DNA of 64,000 nucleotides from Lama glama (Eukaryota): positions 28,956,001 through 29,020,000 of the forward strand of contig CM052818.1 of assembly GCA_028534125.1 (NCBI GenBank), read 5' to 3'. Numbering within the stretch: position 1 is the stretch's first letter; every line of letters begins with the position of its first letter. This document shows, piece by piece, positions 26,570 through 38,595 of the stretch. The notes beneath the pieces were generated by a model. That model was not told the origin of the DNA, searched no databases, and saw nothing but the letters and a program-made list of their open reading frames with translations. A program made the translations under genes and the position numbers.

Positions 26570-26850
26570 TACTATAGAAAGTAATACTGTTCATGGCACA
26601 TAATTTTAAACAGAATAAAATAAAAACTAAAACTTTCTTCATTCTCTTCCCCATTCTCTATCTCAACTCTCCAGTAATAACTAGTATAAACAGTTTTTTC
26701 TGTGTCCTTCCAGAATTTTTTCTAAGCAAGCACAAGTGTATGTGTATATATATATGCATGTACATATACAATTATATATGTATAAGCATGCATATATATA
26801 TATACACATCTATGTATTTATTATACACATTCCTCATCTTTCTTTCTTAA
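26570..26850 (-). mobile_element. Ancient L1 (L1ME-like) 3' end with TA/CA-rich tract
   Basis: ctccagtaataactagtataaacagttttttctgtgtccttccagaattttttct is typical of reverse L1ME 3' UTRs. Confidence 0.6.
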
Positions 26851-26984
26851 CTAATGTTAATAACTACCCTAGAAGTCAATCATATAAACTGATTTTTTGG
26901 AAATCCAGAAATAAGGCCCTGCCATTTTTAGATCGTGGTAGGATTTCCTCATAGGAAAAAAAAATCAGATTTAACAGTGGAAAC

Positions 26985-27130
26985 TATAATAATATAACAA
27001 CTACTCACTATTTAGTATTTACTATTACCAGTCCAGTGCCTAGCCTAGCACTAACCACACGTATTACATTTATTATCTTACTGAAACCTCACAATACTCT
27101 ATAACATGTGTTATCCAGAATTTATAGACA
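26985..27130 (-). mobile_element. MIR SINE
   Basis: ataataatataacaactactcactatttagtatttact...atcttactgaaacctcacaatactctat...ccagaatttatagac. Confidence 0.65.
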
Positions 27131-27639
27131 AAAATATATGTCCCTGGGAAGACATGAAAAGATCAGAAAATAAACTATTTGCTAGTATAAAGGCAGAAGG
27201 AAACAGTTTTTTGCCTACATAGACATTTCTTAAATAGATTTAAAAATGAATTTTCTAAGTTACACGATGCAGTTCACCAGCATTCCCCCTCAAGTGACAG
27301 CAGGTGGTAACTGAAAAGCTTTGAAGAGAGCAGGCAATGACTGTCAACTTTGGTGATGCCCTCTTTTGTAATTGCCCTCTTCACCCCAACTCACATTTTC
27401 CTTTCCTCATTCCCTAATGCATTTCCTCATTTCTTGAGTTGAGAAAAGCCAGCAACCCTTGCTGACTTTCTTTCCTCATGCTGCCATCTTGTCCAATTCT
27501 TTTTTGCAGGCTATCAAGTTATGGATCCTTCTCTCTCTCTACCCCATCACCAGCCTCCCCCATGCCCACTCTCCACCCTACCCCATTGTGAAGCCATTCC
27601 AGATCCTTTTCCAAAACAAAAGTCTACTTTCCAAGGAGA

Positions 27640-28165
27640 AAGATTTCACTAGTAGCCAACACTGAGACCTTATTTTTCCTGGGAAAAGAAAATTCCTCCC
27701 CACACCAGCCTTCCTATCTCACCTAAAGGAGGGAAAGAAAATCCAGTCTATAGGAGACAAGGCTTCAAGGAAATCAGTTTAAAATGCCACAAACAGGGAA
27801 AGAAGTAGGGGGCAGGGAGGAGGGGGTAAATGCTATAACCTTGGAGAAGGGATATAAATACCAGACTGGTAATGTCAGAAGAGACATGGAAACTCTAACA
27901 AAGAATCAAAAGGAAATGCTAGAAATCAAGAACACAGTAACAGCAATGGATAATGACTTTGATGAGCTTTTCACCATACTCAACACAGCTGAAATTAAAA
28001 AAGAAAAGAAAATAGAGGAAAAAAGAACAGAAGATCTGATATAATATCAAAGAAATAACATACATATAATTAGAATACCAGAGGAGAAGAGTGAATAGAA
28101 CAGAAGAAACAGGTGAAGTAATAATGACCAAAAATTTTCCAAAATTAATAACAGACACTAAACCT
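27640..28165 (+). mobile_element. Ancient L1 5' UTR/ORF1 fragment
   Basis: ORF track 27784..28044 contains GNVRRDMETLTKNQKEMLEIKNTVTAMDNDFDEL, the L1 ORF1 coiled-coil; also aaaattttccaaaattaataacagacactaaacc. Confidence 0.8.
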
Positions 28166-28286
28166 CTCCTTAGAGAAGCTCTATGCTACAGGGTGATGGC
28201 CCTACTTCTGTGTCCTTAACTTTCCCACACAAATCTCTTGGTCCCTGGCAGTGATGCTGGTTTTAAAGCGAAAAGGAAAAGGTGCC

Positions 28287-28732
28287 TGTAGTAGTTTCTC
28301 ATGACTGCTGTAACAAATTAGTGCACATTTGCTGGCATAAAATAACATAGTTTATTATAGTTCTGGAAGCCAGAAGTCTAAAATCAGGCAGGGCTGATTC
28401 CTTCTGTAGACTCACAGGGAGAAACTATTTCCTTTGTTTCATGTCCCTTTCCTCAAATCACTCCAACCTCTTGCTTCCGTCATCACATCTCCTACTTCTC
28501 TTCTGTTGTCAAATCTCTCTCTCCCTGCATCACTTCCCCACTTCCTATTCTATTATAAGGACATGTGTGATTACATTTAGGGCCCACCTAGATAACCCAG
28601 GATAATTTCCCAATCTCAAACTCCTTAATTTAATTATATCTGCAAAGCCCCTCTTACCATGTAAGGAATTATTCACAGGTTCCAGAAATTAGCACCTGGA
28701 TATCTTTGGAGACTATTATTCAGCCTACCAAG
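28287..28732 (-). mobile_element. MaLR solo LTR, MLT1D/E-like
   Basis: tgtagtagtttctcatgactgctgtaacaaatta...gattacatttagggcccacctagataacccaggataat...tattcagcctacca; 5-bp flanks gtgcc / gtacc. Confidence 0.85.
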
Positions 28733-29787
28733 GTACCCTTTTGGGATCTGGACAAAACAGAGAAAACAAAATGACCACAATATATGTCCATGGATGTAGC
28801 ATTTACACACACAGAACTGAGATTATTACGAAGATTAATGAAGAGCTTCACATTAGCTACTAAGGATATCAAAGAACTCTAAGGCAAACTTTACCCAAAG
28901 CCTTCCAGTTAGGCAGCATGCATATATAATAAATGTTGGTAAATGCTTGATTCATTTGTTTTACAAACTAAAAAGGACTATGCCAGCTGATTTCTTTAAT
29001 TTTGACAAGTTCTAGTGACACTAATTGCCAAACAGATCTTACAAACTGTCAACATTAAATCATAGGCAACGCTTTGATTATCTTCCAACTTGAAGGTTTA
29101 TTTTTGAAAAGGGGAAAAAACAGTCTATTTCCCTACAGAAGTTGGCAGGGTTTATTTACATTCCTTCAATGAAACAATAAGCTTGAAATTTTAAGAATTT
29201 ATTTTAGAACATGAAGATGTCTTTAACATATACATATGTCACTCTAGGTGATGAGTTCTGATATCATTAGAAAGAGGCTGGAGAAAAACTAAAAAGGTGG
29301 TTTGTTTATATTTGAAGGGAGGAGGAAGGGGAGGTCACTGGGCTAAATACAGGCAGAAATGACTTTTATACCATTTTGCCAATCAGTACTATTGGCACAA
29401 ACTAGTAAGAATGAACGCCAGCTGAAAACAAGCCTTGCACCCTTACTGCACGTATCTATTGTTATCAGCCCCGAAAAGCGGCAAAATTATCATAAGAAAA
29501 TAAACATGTTATTAGTCTTGGATCAGTATTCTTACATTTCTGGACTTCCTCTGGTATTACAGTTTACATAATTACTCTAAAGTGTTTTTTTTTAAATCAC
29601 TTTCATGGGGGTTGGGAATAAGAAAGCTCCAAAAGTAGCAGCTGTACAGAGGCAAAGCATCCCTTCGGAGATAGAGATGAAGATGGTAAAGGTAACTGAG
29701 GTTCTAAGATCAGGGTGACTAGCAGCTGAGTCACATTCCATAAAATAAAAAGGGTCTTCTTCTCATTCACCTTTTCTAACTTGTATA

Positions 29788-29910
29788 TCTCTCCTCTTGT
29801 TTATCCACTTCCTCCCTTCCCCCGCCTCTCCTCTTTCTTCTCTTTCTCTCTTTCTCTCTCTGTACGTATGTATGTACGTGTACACACACACACACCCCTC
29901 TCTTTCCCCC
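29788..29910. repeat. Compound low-complexity tract: CT-rich, (GTAT)n and (CA)n
   Basis: ctctttcttctctttctctctttctctctctgtacgtatgtatgtacgtgtacacacacacacaccc. Confidence 0.85.
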
Positions 29911-31379
29911 AGGTCCTCCTTCACTCCCACAGCTTCAACTCTACTTTCTAGCCAGGTGATTCTAAAACTATAACCCCAATCCAACTCTTCTCACCAATGT
30001 CAGTTCCATTTTGGAAATGTCCTGCCTAGGCATAAAGCACTTTTACATAGTTTTTCAAATATTTCCTTACTCAAGTTATCTTATTAAAACCTATGAAGTT
30101 GGTATTAAAACCTTTATTTTCCAAACAGAGAAATGAGGCTTGGACAACTCTGCTCTCTTCTTTTTCCACTTGACTGTCATAAGCAAACACTATTGTGCCT
30201 TTTTGTAATAACACAGTCAATTGACTTGCCTGATTCAAAGAACCAAGAAAAATAAATGAGAAAATGATCAGCAACTGATTTTTTGAAAGACTTGACAAGT
30301 CAGTTCAGTTTAAATGACTAATTCAGAATCTGCATCTGGAAAAATTAAAATGTCACAGGGCCTGTGCTGAAAACATGATGCTTAAGCACAGCACATCATC
30401 TCAGCAACCACCCCACCTCATCACATTAGCCAAGGCTAGAGCTTCACTCCCAGGAGCACTTAGAAGAGCTCCACTTCTAAGAACACTTAGGGCTGATGGC
30501 ACTAGTCTCGTCAAGTCTTTGTAAAACAAAGGATGGTGGCGCTGCTGATAATAAATGTGGTCAGGCAATAGCTAACTGACTGGTGAAAGATGAACTGGAA
30601 GTTTAGGGCATTCTGCAAACTTGGCCAGATCAATCTGAAGCAACAACAAGGTTCTCAGAGATCAACAGTTTTCAATATCAACTAGGATTCATCCTTTACC
30701 TTCCAGACTTCTGGCCACTTACTTCCAAAAGCGCCACCTCTAGAAGTTCTCTCTTGTATACTGTCAACTCACATATAAAGAATGAGACTAGCTAGGTCTC
30801 TCTGCTCTGATCAAAACCTGCAACTACCTGGAGAGGTGGGCAGGTATGGAACGGGCTTCCAGCTCAGGTCCCAAGTATCAACTCCACACAACATGACCCA
30901 GTGACACACTGCCCCTAAAACCTGGTGCAAACAGAGAAATTTCCTTCTGAGCAGATGCCAGGTCGAGCCCCAGATTTGCAGGCAGCATGTGTTTCTGTTG
31001 GCTTGCTCTCCTCTGAAGCAGACTGCATAGGGAGTGTTGATTTTATAACAGACTCAAATAAGCTACAGAGCTCAGACTCACCTAGCACATTTAAAGCAGG
31101 CTGAGTGCTACGTGAGACTTCTGTGGCAGAAGTAATGGGAATGGCCATGCAACCCTCAAGTCTTAGAAGACATCAAAGTAGCCAAAAATCAAAGAGCTTC
31201 TTAAACTAAAAGGTTTATGCAGAAACATTAACGTAGTCATATTCCTTATCCTCAAAATGGCTGAGAAGTGAAGCATTATTACAATAAGGTAACATCTGTA
31301 TCTTTAGAAATGGGTGCTCCACATCATGTTCTGAGGTTACTCAATAATTATAGATGCTACCTGATCATTTGGTGATAAC

Positions 31380-31555
31380 AAAAATTTGCTATGTGCCAAT
31401 AACATCTTAAGAGGATTTTCCAATTTAATCTTCACAAAACCCAGTGATATAATAACTGATTTTGCTCTCATTTTAGAGATGAATACACTGATGCTTGAAG
31501 GTCGCATGGTTAATGACAGACTTTGTATTCTTAACCCCTAAACAATACTGCCTCT
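31380..31555 (-). mobile_element. MIR SINE
   Basis: aatttaatcttcacaaaacccagtgat...ctctcattttagagatgaatacactgatgctt. Confidence 0.7.
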
Positions 31556-32399
31556 TAACTATCTTCAGCTCTTTAGAAAAGTGGAATTCTAAGTGTCAAA
31601 AAATACACTAGGACTACAGCTGTCTTTGCTCATTTTCAGGCAGTTTTATTATTGCCGTAACTATTTTTCAAAGGTGGTATCACATCTACCTTGTACAGTG
31701 CTATCCCTGCATTTTTTTACACCTAGGAAAAAATTATGTATGTTGAATTTGGTTATTAAGTACCTTTCCCCAAAATGCCTATAAATACAAGTTAAATTTA
31801 TTATTCTAAACCCACTTCCTATCTTCCCACTCAAGAATGGCAGACATGCTGAGAACGATGTTTGTCCCATGCTTTCTGTTCATGGGCTGGAAAACCCAAG
31901 CCAGTCCCCACTGACAGATCTGATTTCTGATACAGCAGAAGAGAAACATTCACATTTTATAGGCACTTTCTGTATGTGACTTCCGATCTCAATGGATAGG
32001 CAAAGATACGTGTAGAACTACAATATGCTAATTTCCTGCCTTCATTTTCCCAGTTCCACTTTCTACCCCATTCCTGTCTTAGATCCTTTGTTTTAATTTA
32101 GCCAAGTTGACAGACAAGTACTGTAGAGTGGGAAAAGAAGAAAAATAGACAAGGAAGCATTTTTGAAAGGAGAGGATGAAGGAAAAGAAAGTAGACATTT
32201 GTTTAACGTAAAGAGGTGTTAAGATAGTTTTAAATAAAATGTCTCCAGCCCAAGTGTGAGTTGGAACCAAAGTTAACTAATCATCATCAAAATAACTCAC
32301 AGGCATGGAGGATTACCATGTGCAGAGTGTTCTAGACAGAATAGCTCACTCAATTCCCAAAAAAACCCATAACTTTTATATTATCTCATTTGTGTTGGT

Positions 32400-32640
32400 A
32401 AGATTCCTTCACAGCTTTCCCGGCTCTGAAGCATGTACCTTACCTTCTGAAGGACCTTAGGCAGACCTCTATACCTGCATTTATCGTATCATGGTGTAAT
32501 TCATCATTTGTTTATCATTTGTAGTCTGAATTCACTGTGAGCTTCAAAAAGAAATTGGGCCTTCTTTATCTCCTCCACTTCAGAAATTTTCAGAGTTCTG
32601 GATCACAGTGAGTGCCCAGTAGATGTTTGTCAGGTACATA
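32400..32640 (+). mobile_element. L2 3' end fragment
   Basis: ctgtgagcttcaaaaagaaattgggccttctttatctc...gatcacagtgagtgcccagtagatgtttgt. Confidence 0.6.
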
Positions 32641-33577
32641 CATTAAAGGCAGAGGAAGGAATACAGAGGTAACACAGGAAACTCAGAATACATTTGGGGA
32701 GCTTCAGAATTAGAAACACAGTCTGTTCTGCTGTAATGAGAAAATGGCCCTAAAACAATCTCTTGTTCCTAAATAAACTCAGAATCTTAAAATAACATGG
32801 ACTATCAGAAGTTGCATTTGAATATAATTAACATTTGATTTACCAGCATGTCCCTGAAGCTGGACACAAAGGGACTTAACGCACTCTGTTTTTAAATAAA
32901 TGTCAGAAAGGTACTGGGGAGTAGAGGGTTTCAAGTCATTGACATAAGCTTCACTTTTCTAACAGAGGTGATTTTTTCATAGCTATAGAATAAAAATACC
33001 CCTGAGCAAATGCTGCTGCCTTTGAGCTCATCTATCCACCGCCCACATAGGCGTCCCTCCTTTCTTATCTCCAGGCCACCCTTTAGCACAAGCTTCTTTC
33101 ACATTCTCAACACTTAGTGTTGTTTAAAAAAACAAACAGACCCACTCAAAGAAAGCACTCAGCAGCTCCACTATACTTCTTCCTCTAGGAACAATGTTAA
33201 TTTCTAAGCATGTTCAAGTTACAACCTATACTGGTCCTCAGAATGCAAACTATGCCCCATGATTATTCAATCCTGTTACAGCCAATCTGCATTATGAAAC
33301 TGGAGATACATAAGCAATCCCTATATGTAGATTTCAGATATCTACCACTCCACACAACAATGACTTACAGATCTTGTCCTTCAAGCTGATATCATGTTAG
33401 GTCCTTTGTTATAGCCCTACTGGATAGAGGTAGTTATTTACTCCCTCTTATACATAGGTCAGGGAGCCTAGGCTGGTTCCAGGCATGCAACCACTAAAAG
33501 AGAAACCATGAGCCTCTTCCTCATGGAAGCAGAGACATGCCAGTCCCCAAACAGTAGGGAGAACAAAGATCCAAATG

Positions 33578-33955
33578 CTAGCAGTGGCTAGAGCACACAA
33601 ATGTGGGAGGTAGGAGACTACACAGAAACCTTTCCAAGAGTTCTGTAAGATAAAAAAGACAGCGAGAGGAAGAGAGGGGGTTGGGGTAGCAATGATGTTT
33701 CTGTCTCATTGTGCATAGCCAGGGGAACTCTTGGCTTTCTCAAATTAAGATTGAGATCCATGGTGGTGATATTGCCTACATCACCCACACTCTTTTTCTG
33801 TCCTGGCCAGTTAAGGTGAATTGATGTAATTAGCAAAAACCCTTGGGAATTCATCAAACTCCCTGGATTGAAAGTCAAAATCAGCCTTTTTCAGTGATGA
33901 CTTTCTGGATCTGGAGTCTGAGGCAGCTCCCTTTCTGAATTATAACAGGAAGGAA
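33578..33955 (-). mobile_element. Candidate non-autonomous Helitron (copy 1, apparently with both ends)
   Basis: The minus strand starts tccttcctgttataattcagaaag and ends cccacatttgtgtg-ctctagccactg-CTAG (short stem about 12 nt before CTAG). About 200 bp aligns to 34866-35061. No TSD. Confidence 0.55.
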
Positions 33956-34509
33956 TCAATGGGCAATAAGTTTACCACAGTGCAAGCTTTACCAAGTTGT
34001 GTGCAGCTGAGCTAATTAACACTTCATTGTTATAAAAACATTAGGCAATCTTAATTTGTGCAGACAAGAGTCAATAGTACTGACATACAGTTCTTTTGAT
34101 ATAGCAAATAAATCATAATCTTAATTCTGATAGATACAAATATCTGCACATTCATTCTTATCTGAGTAATACAATAAAGTATATGAAATACAGTATACAT
34201 ATGAGTATCTGATGAAGTTAAAACTCACTCTTCTCAACCTAATTTTATACTTTAATAACATTTTCATTAATAAATACTTATTAAGGAGGAAGGATACTCA
34301 AACTTAGTGAAATCTCTGAGTTACAAAATATAGTCAAAGAATTATTACAAAAATAGGTACTTGTCAAGAGTGGAGAAAGAGTTAGCAGAGTCTAAGCTGT
34401 AGATTATCTTGTGTTTAAATACATATGTAAGAAAGCATAACCAACTGTGATACCTGATTTTAAATGCTGCTCAAGTAGCACTTGCAAAGAGGTCATTGAT
34501 CCTCCCTCA

Positions 34510-34630
34510 TAAGGAAAGCTGGAGAGACACTGAACATTTATAGCTTGCCTACTATGTTCAGGCGCTAGCCTGAGGAGTTTATGTATGTCATCTAAATTAG
34601 TCCTCAAGTCCATAATCATTTCATAATGGG
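34510..34630 (-). mobile_element. MIR fragment
   Basis: aacatttatagcttgcctactatgttcaggcgctagcctgaggagttttatgtatgtcatctaaattagtcctca (approximate). Confidence 0.65.
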
Positions 34631-34639
34631 GCTACTTCA

Positions 34640-35280
34640 TCATTCAACTATACTGCACAAATATTTGAGTATTTACATGTGCTGGGCACCATTTTAGACA
34701 CTGAAAATTCAACAGTCACTAAAACAGACAAGATCTCTGCTCTCATGGTTATCTGTCAAGAGGAGATCAATATTAAAGCAGTAAGCAAATAAATAATTAT
34801 GAATTTCCTACAGGAATAGTGCCACAAAAACAACAGAAGAATAAAACAGAAGTTGACCACTTTTTATCCACAGTGATGATGGGTTGCCTACATCATCCAT
34901 GCTCTTTTCCATCCTTGTCAGATAAGGTGAGTTGATGTCATTGTCAAAATTCTTTGGAACTCACTGAGCTCCCTGGATTGAGAGTCAAAAATCAGGCTCT
35001 TTAATGATTTTCCAGATTTGGAGTCAGAGGAAACTTACTTTCTGAATTAGAACAAGAAAGATGGGACAGGTGGAGGTGGGCAATGCTACTTAATTCGCAT
35101 TTTCAGAAAATGCCTTTCTGAGAAAGTCACATTTGAATTTAGGCAAAGATAATGATAAGGGTCTAGTCATGCAAAAATTTTGGGTACTAGCATTTGAGGT
35201 AGAGTGAGTGAGGGAGAGGAAAGCATTGGATTGGACTGGAGCCTTTAGGGGCACGGGAAAGCATTCCATTATATATCACT
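34640..35280 (-). mobile_element. L2 3' region interrupted by the Helitron-like copy 2
   Basis: acaaatatttgagtatttacatgtgctgggcaccattttagacactg...aaaacagacaagatctctgctctcatgg...aataaaacaga; resumes ~35062 (tcagaaaatgcctttctgagaaagtcacatttgaatttagg). Confidence 0.75.
34866..35061 (-). mobile_element. Candidate non-autonomous Helitron (copy 2, 5' ~200 bp only)
   Basis: The minus strand reads a|tctttcttgttctaattcagaaag (A^TC junction). Roughly three-quarters identical by eye to 33756-33954. Confidence 0.5.
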
Positions 35281-35499
35281 CACTCAGTTCCCTCCTCCTT
35301 TGAGGTTTGGAGGCTCAATGACACTTTTATTGCCCCTTAGGAAAGAACACACAAGTTAGAATTTCTCCTGGCTCAAACTTACAATGCTTTGGTTGGCCAG
35401 ACTCCGCTATGCTGTGCCCTGTATTTGGGAGAAGACATTATGTCTTCCTCAAGCCTGATCTTTTACCTTATGATATCCTTTGAGGGAAGTGAAAACCTG

Positions 35500-35635
35500 A
35501 TTTTTAAGATGAACAAACAATTCAGCAAGTGCTTTTTGAGTAATTTCTGAAGTCACACTGTCTGGGTTCCATGGAAGAAACAAATTAAGTATGACACATG
35601 ATCCCTACCTTTAGGACATTATAATTCAGTAGGCT
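35500..35635 (-). mobile_element. L2 3' end fragment
   Basis: aattcagcaagtgctttttgagtaatttctg...aagtatgacacatgatccctacctttaggacattataattcagtagg. Confidence 0.6.
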
Positions 35636-37870
35636 CCAGAATTGTGGGGTATAATCACTACAACTTTGTACTAATCGGTTTGTCATAAGGTACATGGTTA
35701 CTCACTAGAATACATTTTTCAAATCATCCTTCTCTACTGAAATCCCAGAATTGCACTGGTGTTCTGATATATGCTGTACAAGAGTGGCATTTTACTCCAT
35801 ATAAACTTCAGCAAAATATCACTACAAAACAATGACATAAATAATAATTCAGAATCATATTCTTATTCCCTGTCATTTTTCACTTGATTGTTTTTACCCA
35901 ATTTTAGATTTATTACTGCTATTAATTAAAGCTAAAGTACTCAGAAACTGAAAAAAAACTGCAAAATAAAGTAGTGTGTTTGTATTTTTAGAGCAGTTTT
36001 CTATGAATAATTCCAAACTTTGAGTGTGGTAGATTTTAGGTATCATTATAGCATTTCATTTCTCAAAGCAAAACTGGATTTAAAACAGACATATAAAATA
36101 ATATATGACATAAAAATATATATTCTTTAAGACAGTGCTAGTATTATGCATGGGTCATATGAAGAAAGAGAATGCAGAATTCGGCATACAAAATTAGGAC
36201 CATCAATAAAGTGTAGACTATATGATTCTTATAGCCATTACCCACATTTAGGAAATGAGACAAATGGTGGTCACTAAGAGTCAGAGTTCAACAAGTTTCA
36301 TAAGCTGAGGATAAAAGGAAAGAGGTCAACATCATAAAGAAGATTCTTTCTTGATTCTACCCTATGAGAAGGAGCAGAGATCTTGGATTGGAGGAGCCAC
36401 TATCCTTAAATGGATAGGCACTTCAGTTTTGTTCCCCACTCTCCAGAAAGGGTGCTGTAATGAGAATTTTCCCCAAAGATTAGTCCCTAGAATTCCTCTT
36501 CCTAGTGTAGTGCAGGTGTACTTAATAAGGAAATTTTCTGCTGTAAAAGGAAGTTTCCTGTATCAGGAATGAAGACTTACTAGTACAAGAAAACGGTCTA
36601 AAATGAAAATTGTGAGCTCCTTCCTCTAGGGCATTTGACCATCCAGATGCCTAAAATGAAGTCCTACATAAGTGCTAGATCAGCCTAGAAGACTTCTAAG
36701 GCTCTTTCCCAATCAGCCATTCCAAAGATGGATGAATATCTGCACTCTTTGTAGAATGACAGGAGTCCCACTACCATGGATATCTGTTTAAATCCAAGCT
36801 CAAATTGCTTTAGAGTCTTTATCATTAATAATAAAAACAACAACAACAACAACGTCATTTAAACATGCTGAGTTGTTTTCAAGCGCCAAAGGAAATTATT
36901 TGCTTTTATTGCCTGCTTTACAACACTTATCTCTTTTCTATCGATTTTCCAGTCTTGCTTCTCAAATAGATATCCTCTAGTTCCTTCTACTACCTTTTAA
37001 CCCATCTTGACTATCTGAGTTTTAATTTCCTTATCATCCCAGCCTCTGGAAACAAACCATGCTGGACCTCCATGGGTTTCTGACTTCTGGAACATGCACT
37101 TATCTCCCTTCCTGTGAGCTTCTCTCAACTCCTGCCTCATATTATACACTCTAACACACCAATTGCCTTGTGATACCCCCTTCTGCCCTGCCACCTATTT
37201 CCCTGTCACCTCAAGGTCCAATGTACAGTACTGTGTAAACTGTTCAAATCCATCTACACTACATCTCAAGCTGAGTCAACTATGGAATTTTAGGTAAAAA
37301 GATCTCCAAGTTTCTTCAGTGGAGCCAATTTGCATCTGGCTGTCATCAAGTTCTGCCTCACAATTTCCTCTTTGAGGAAAATATCAGCGGATTCCTAAAA
37401 GAAAGCAGGCACTTAATCTCGTTAACCAGACATTGCTTGATAGAACTAGAAGCCAGTTTGGTCTGGAGGGGGGAAAAAAGACTTTGGCTAGCAGCAAAAG
37501 TCCTCTGATGTAGCCCTGTTTCTGAAAGCCCCTTTATGGCTGTAGCCTGACCTCTTCCCTCTAACCCTCCTAACATCAGAGGTGTGAGTTGACCACATCT
37601 TTGCCTCCCTTGTTCTCCAAATTAGGTTAGTCCCTAGCCTCTAGTCTCCCTCAGATCCCTGCTCCAGGGCCAACTCACTGACTATTCCTGCTCATGCTTG
37701 CATGATTCATTCAAAAGAGACTCTAGTTACTACCTTTCCAGTCTTTTGTGACCTCCATCACATTCTTGAGAAGGTGGCAAACAGCTTCTGATTAACATCA
37801 CTCAGAACCTGAGCAAAAACTCAAACACTGCATACTGAATCCATAAATTATTTGGTGTTTTTCACATCCC

Positions 37871-38595
37871 TGTCTACATTTAATTTTATGTGTCAACTTG
37901 ACTGGGCCATGGGATGCTCATATACTTGGCCAAACATTATTCTGGGTGTTTTTAGATGAGATTAATATTTGAATGGCCAGGCCGAATAAAGCAGAGTATC
38001 CTCCCTAATTTGAGTGGCCCTCATCCAATCAGTTGAATAGAACAAAAGGGCTGAGCAAGAGAAAAGTACTCTGGTCAGACTGCTTGGGCTGGGACATCAG
38101 TCTTCTCCTGCCCTTGGACTGGAACTTACATTATTGGCTCTCCTGGTTCTCAGGCCTTCAGATTTGGACTGGAGTTTATACCACTGCCTGTCCTAGGTCT
38201 CTAGCTTGGGACTTCACAGCCTCCATAATCATGTGTGGGTCAATTCCTTAAAATCTATAAATTTCTCTTTCATTCTCTCTCTCATGCACTCTTTCTCTCT
38301 GTATGTATGTATTTGAATATATGTGTGTCTCCACAGACATATACACAGTTGACCCTTAAACATGGGTTTGAACTGCATGGGTCCATTCATACGTGGATTC
38401 TTTTTTCCCATAGTAAATATTCCAGTACTACTGTAGTTGAATCCATAGTTGATTGAATCCATGGATGCAGAACCACAGGTTCTGCACACGGTCAGTACTC
38501 CTAATTCCCATGTTGTTCAAAGATCAACAAGACAGACAGACAGACAGAAAGATCTCCTATTGGTTCTGTTTCTCTAGAGAATCCTGACTAATACA
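37871..38595 (+). mobile_element. ERVL solo LTR, MLT2-family, carrying a Tigger2-type insertion
   Basis: taattttatgtgtcaacttgactgggccatgggatgc...ctcatccaatcagttg...ctcctattggttctgtttctctagagaatcctgactaataca. Confidence 0.9.
38346..38530 (+). mobile_element. TcMar-Tigger non-autonomous element (Tigger2a/MER8-like)
   Basis: TIR cagttgacccttaaaca-tgggtttgaactgcatgggtccattcatacgtggatt; opposite end tgttgttcaaagatcaac. Confidence 0.8.

Noticed and set aside
33890..34970. C/D-box-like words (GTGATGA ... CTGA) in the duplicated 200-bp unit, suggesting tandem snoRNAs
   Set aside because: The boxes are not at equivalent positions in the two copies, spacing in copy 1 is far too short, and the CpG-decay pattern fits a decaying transposon.
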